This document shows positions 59,808 to 64,000 of a DNA stretch of 64,000 nucleotides, in pieces. A model generated the notes under the pieces. The model did no database searches and was not told the DNA's origin. It worked only from the letters and a program-made list of their open reading frames with translations. The stretch covers positions 25,854,001 through 25,918,000 of the forward strand of contig NC_043015.1 of NCBI RefSeq assembly GCF_006345805.1, given 5' to 3'. Positions within the stretch are counted from its first letter, which is position 1; every line of letters starts with the position of its first letter. This stretch comes from Octopus sinensis. Lineage: Eukaryota. A program made the position numbers and the translations under genes.

Positions 59808-62800
59808 CAGTAGTTTTATTTTTATAGCGTGCTTTCACTTCACTACCGAGCGCAGCTCTGTGTGCCTTGGGAATATGCTGTGATTTGTTGTGATGCTCTG
59901 ATGGTTATTGTATGGAAAGTGTTCTGCGTAGGATGTGTGCAGTGCTTAGTAGTGCAATTTTCTGTATGTTATATGTGTTTGTAAGTCCTGGTGTTTTTGT
60001 TATGTATTTGTTTGAATATTTTTTTATCATGTCTAATGCACCTACTATGATAGGAATTGTTTCTGTTTTCAGAATCCACATTCTAGTTACCTCTATTTCC
60101 AGGCCTTTGTATTTTGAGAGTTTCTCCATTTCTTTTAGAGACACGTTGTCATCTGCCGGTATTGATACATCAATTAGAAAGCATTTTTTTCCTTCATTAT
60201 CTCTGACAACTATATCTGGTCTGTTGGCCTTAATTTCTCTATCTGTGTGTATCGGCGTATCCCAGAGTATGGTTGCTTTTTCGTTTTCTGTGACCTTTTC
60301 TGGTGTGTGCCTATACCATCTTTTTCTGTTGTTATTCCATAATGTTGGCATAGATTCCAATGTATGTAGGTTCCAACTCTGTCATGTCTGTGAATATATT
60401 CCTTCTTAGCCAGGACTGGGCAGCTAGAGATAATATGATTTATTGTTTCTTGTCCATCTCCACATATTCTGCAGTTACTGGTAATATTTCTTTATACTGA
60501 GAACAGTTTTTTGTTTTGCTCGTGTTTTGTCGCTATCTGGATGTTTTCCTTCCTTCTGAAGTAGATATTTTTGCAGTCCTATGGTGGTTATTTTATAGTA
60601 GTTTTCCAGCTGTATAAGGCCTCTACCACCTTCTATACGTTGTATATATAGTCTTTCTATGTCAGATTTTGGGTGATGCATCCTAGATCCTGTCATTATT
60701 TTTCTTGTTTTCCTATCTATTTTGGTCAGTTCATTCGTGTCCAGTTAAGGATATTGTAGCTGTAACTTATAACTGGGACAGCTAAAGTGTTGATACCTAT
60801 TATCTTGTTTTTAGCATTGAGCTCTGTTTTTAGTATTGATCTAACTCGTCTATAATATTCTTTTTTTATTTTCTCTTTCATTTGTGTGTGTTGTGTCTTA
60901 TCTAGTTCATGGATTCCTAAGTATTTGTAAGTTTGGCTTTGGTCTAATTCTTTTATTTCATTGGTTTTATCTAGTGTGATGTTGTTACTCTTAACTAGTT
61001 TTCCTCTTTTCATGGTTACTTTGGCGCATTTTTCTAATCCAAATTTCATATCTATTTCTTTGGTAAATCCATTAACTGTCTTTAATAGTGTTTCCAGCTG
61101 TTTGTCATTTGCAGCGTATAGTTTTAGGTCATCCATATATAAAAGGTGGCTGATCGTTTTGCCGTAACATTTATATCCGCATCCAGTTCTATTTAACATA
61201 TCAGATAGAGGTGACAGTGCCAAGCAGAAAAGGAGTGGAGAGAGCGTGTCTCCCTGGAATATTCCTCTTCTAATGGGGATGTCTTTGGTTTTCATGAGTC
61301 CCTCTTTTGTTTGGAGGTGTAGGACTGTTTGCCATTTATTCATAGAGTGCTCTATGAATTTTATGATTGTTGGTGCTACTTTGTTAATGGCTAGTGTTTC
61401 GAGGATCCATGTGGGGGATGCTATCAAACGCCTTTCTGTAGTCAATCCAGGCCATACTGAGGCCTTTCTTCTTTCTGTGGCTGTCTTCAGTTATGGCTTT
61501 ATTAATCATTAGTTGATCTTTACTGCCATATGAGCCTTTGCGGCATCCTTTCTGCTCTTCTGGGAACTGTTTGTTTTCGTCCAGGTGCTTGTTCTGCCTT
61601 TGCGATATCACTGCAGTAAATGCCTTGAACATAGTAGGGAGGCGGGTTATTGGTCTGTAGTTTTCTGGTTTTGCTGTTTCATTTGATTTAGGAATTAAGA
61701 TGGTTTTCCCCTTCGTGAGCCATTCAGGCATTGTCTCTGGCTCTGCTAGTATGTTGATAAAGTTTTCAGCCAGCTTTTTGTGCATTCCTGTTAGATATTT
61801 CAACCAGAAGTTGGGGATCTTGTCATGCCCAGGTGCCTTCCAGTTGCTTAGTCTTTGCAGTGCCTGGGTGACCTCTTCAGTTGTTATGGGGGTCCAAAGT
61901 TGTTCAGATGCCGAGTTTGTTATTTTGATACTCCTTTTTTTTGGTTGTTCGTTCGCCGATCATATTTCTCTCCAGAATTCTTCCAATTCTTTTGCCGTTG
62001 GTGCTGCAGTGACTTCTATTTTATTTTTGCCCAGTTCTTGGTAGAACCTTTTGGGGTTGGAGTTGAACTTTTTGTTTTGTTCAAAGAAGTGTTGGCGTTT
62101 CTCGTACCGGCGGATCCTTTGTGCTTTGGCAAGGATATCTTGCTTCAGCTTTTCTTTTATCTCAGGCAAATCTTTCTCTGTGATGTTATATTTGCGGAGT
62201 ATTTTTGTTTACTTTTTGTTGCTCAGTAGCGTTGATTGTTTGCTGATTTCATTAAGAATCGACAGGTCTTTTCTAATTTTTTAAATTTTGTTTTGGATGT
62301 TATTTATCCACAGGGTTTGTTTGGGTGGTGGTGGTACTCCTGTTTGGACGGGTTTGATTGAGTATCCAGGTTCTTTTGTGGCTGCAGTGGCTGCTGCGTA
62401 TATTAAGTCATTTAGCTCAGTGATATCACTTTTTTTGTTTCGGTGGCTATTAGTTCCGTGACGGTTAGGTTTATGCTTTTTATAATTGGTGTTGATATTT
62501 CGTTTATTTTGATTCTTGGGAGGTATGGTCGGTGGTCCATTTTGAGCTCTGTGGTTTTCAGTTCTTTGATTATTTTATTTTTTATATTATCATAATCATT
62601 AGGCTCCCCTTCGTTGTTTACATCGTGTTTGTTGGGAATGTTGCGTTTGTCTTCGTGTTTTATAGTTTCTGTGTTTATATTATTGGGCATTGTTGTGTGG
62701 CTTCTATCTATATTTTCCTGGTGTATTTTTTCTTTAAGATGTTCTATCTCTAGTTCTGATATTTTTTTGTGTTGAGAATGTATCTTCGTACGTTAGCTAA

Positions 62801-63423
62801 TTTATTAGGGTTCATTGCTGTATCCAAGTCTATATCTCTATTATTTTCCTTCCATATTTTATATGTATGTGTTGTTGTATTTTCATTTTTTGGATAGAGC
62901 ACTGCTGTGAAGTATGCGTGTAAGATAGAAATGTATTCCTCACGTGTCCATTTACGTCTTTTGGATTTTATTTGCGGGACATGAGGTACAACGTCCGGCC
63001 CATTATTTTGACGGTCGTCATTTTCGTAAGGTATCGGTCCGTTTATTTCTGTTGTCACATTATTTCGCACGTGTAGTTTTCCGTACATTTTTTGTTGTAA
63101 GTTTAATGTACGTACCGCTCGATTGTTAATCTTGGGTTGAATAGTATCGGTGGCATTTAATTTCTTCGTAGTTCCTTTGTACATGGTGTTTGGGGTCGGG
63201 AATGATCGTGATGTTCCACGCATGTTTACATGTGTTGTGTTAGAGGTGGAGATGAAATCGAGTCCAAATACATCATTTCGTTTCGAAAATAGTAGTAAAT
63301 TTCAGTTGGTATTACTTACTCGGATAGAGTTCAATTCTTTGTTAGTAAATCTTTGGCTCCATTGGATGTCCTTGTTTTCGATGTTTGTGGATAGATTTCG
63401 GAGCTCTGTATTTTCCTTCTTAC
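59808..63423 (-). mobile_element. R4/Dong-clade non-LTR retrotransposon with RLE endonuclease, disrupted
   Basis: N-terminal RRKWTREEY..YF (Myb-like) lies in 62750-63223. RT motifs are PENYRPIT, EEQKGC, WIDYRKAFDS, GIFQGDTLSPLLF and HLLYMDDLKLY. CCHC motif CRICGDGQETINHIISSC is at ~60470-60410. RLE motif NRPDIVV..LIDVSIP..KLSKY lies in 59905-60360. Both ends abut TAA repeats. Confidence 0.92.
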
Positions 63424-63434
63424 ATATTATTATT

Positions 63435-64000
63435 ATTATCATATCATATCATATCATATCATATCATATCATATCATAACATATCATTTTCATATCATAT
63501 CATATCATATCATATCATTATCATTTTCATATCATATCATATCATTATCATTTTCATATCATTATCATTTTCATATCATAACATTATCATATCATATCAT
63601 ATCATATCATTATCATTTTCATATCATATCATATCATTATCATTTTCATATCATATCATTTTCATATCATATCATATCATATCATTATCATTTTCATATC
63701 ATATCATATCATTATCATTTTCATATCATATCATATCATATCATTATAATTATCATTTTCATATCATATCATATCATATCATTATCATTTTCATAAAATA
63801 TCATATCATTATCATTTTCATATCATATCATATCATATCATTATCATTTTCATGTCATATCATATCATATCATTATCATTATCATTTTCATATCATATCA
63901 TATCATATCATTATCATATTCATACCATATCATATCATTATCATTTTCATATCATATCATATCATATCATTATCATTTTCATATCATATCATATCATATC
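63435..64000. repeat. Compound (ATATC)n satellite punctuated by ATTATCATTTTC
   Basis: Directly visible; it runs off the window end. Confidence 0.95.

Overview
This is AT-rich, microsatellite-dense eukaryotic DNA with no recognisable intact host gene. The SINE families and LINE termini resemble, from recall, those of Octopus/cephalopod genomes; this is inference, not a search result. The window is dominated by a ~26.8 kb tandem array of a 216-bp monomer (15886-42640, ~124 copies, 100-N gap at 39780-39879) with local higher-order periodicities. Around it lie a near-full-length degenerate RTE LINE (+), a degenerate R4/Dong RLE LINE (-) inserted in (TAA)n, a solo LTR with a 4-bp TSD, L1/Tx1 remnants, Helitron-like ends, tRNA-derived SINEs, and several Penelope-like (PLE) remnants carrying minimal hammerhead-ribozyme (HHR)-like cores. 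The most unusual object is a 1.56-kb element at 46636-48199. It has PLE-type terminal architecture (inverted arm plus two 249-bp direct repeats, with an HHR-like skeleton at the repeat start), but it encloses a gag-like CCHC zinc-knuckle ORF rather than RT/GIY-YIG. Most ORFs in the supplied track are microsatellite or satellite artefacts.
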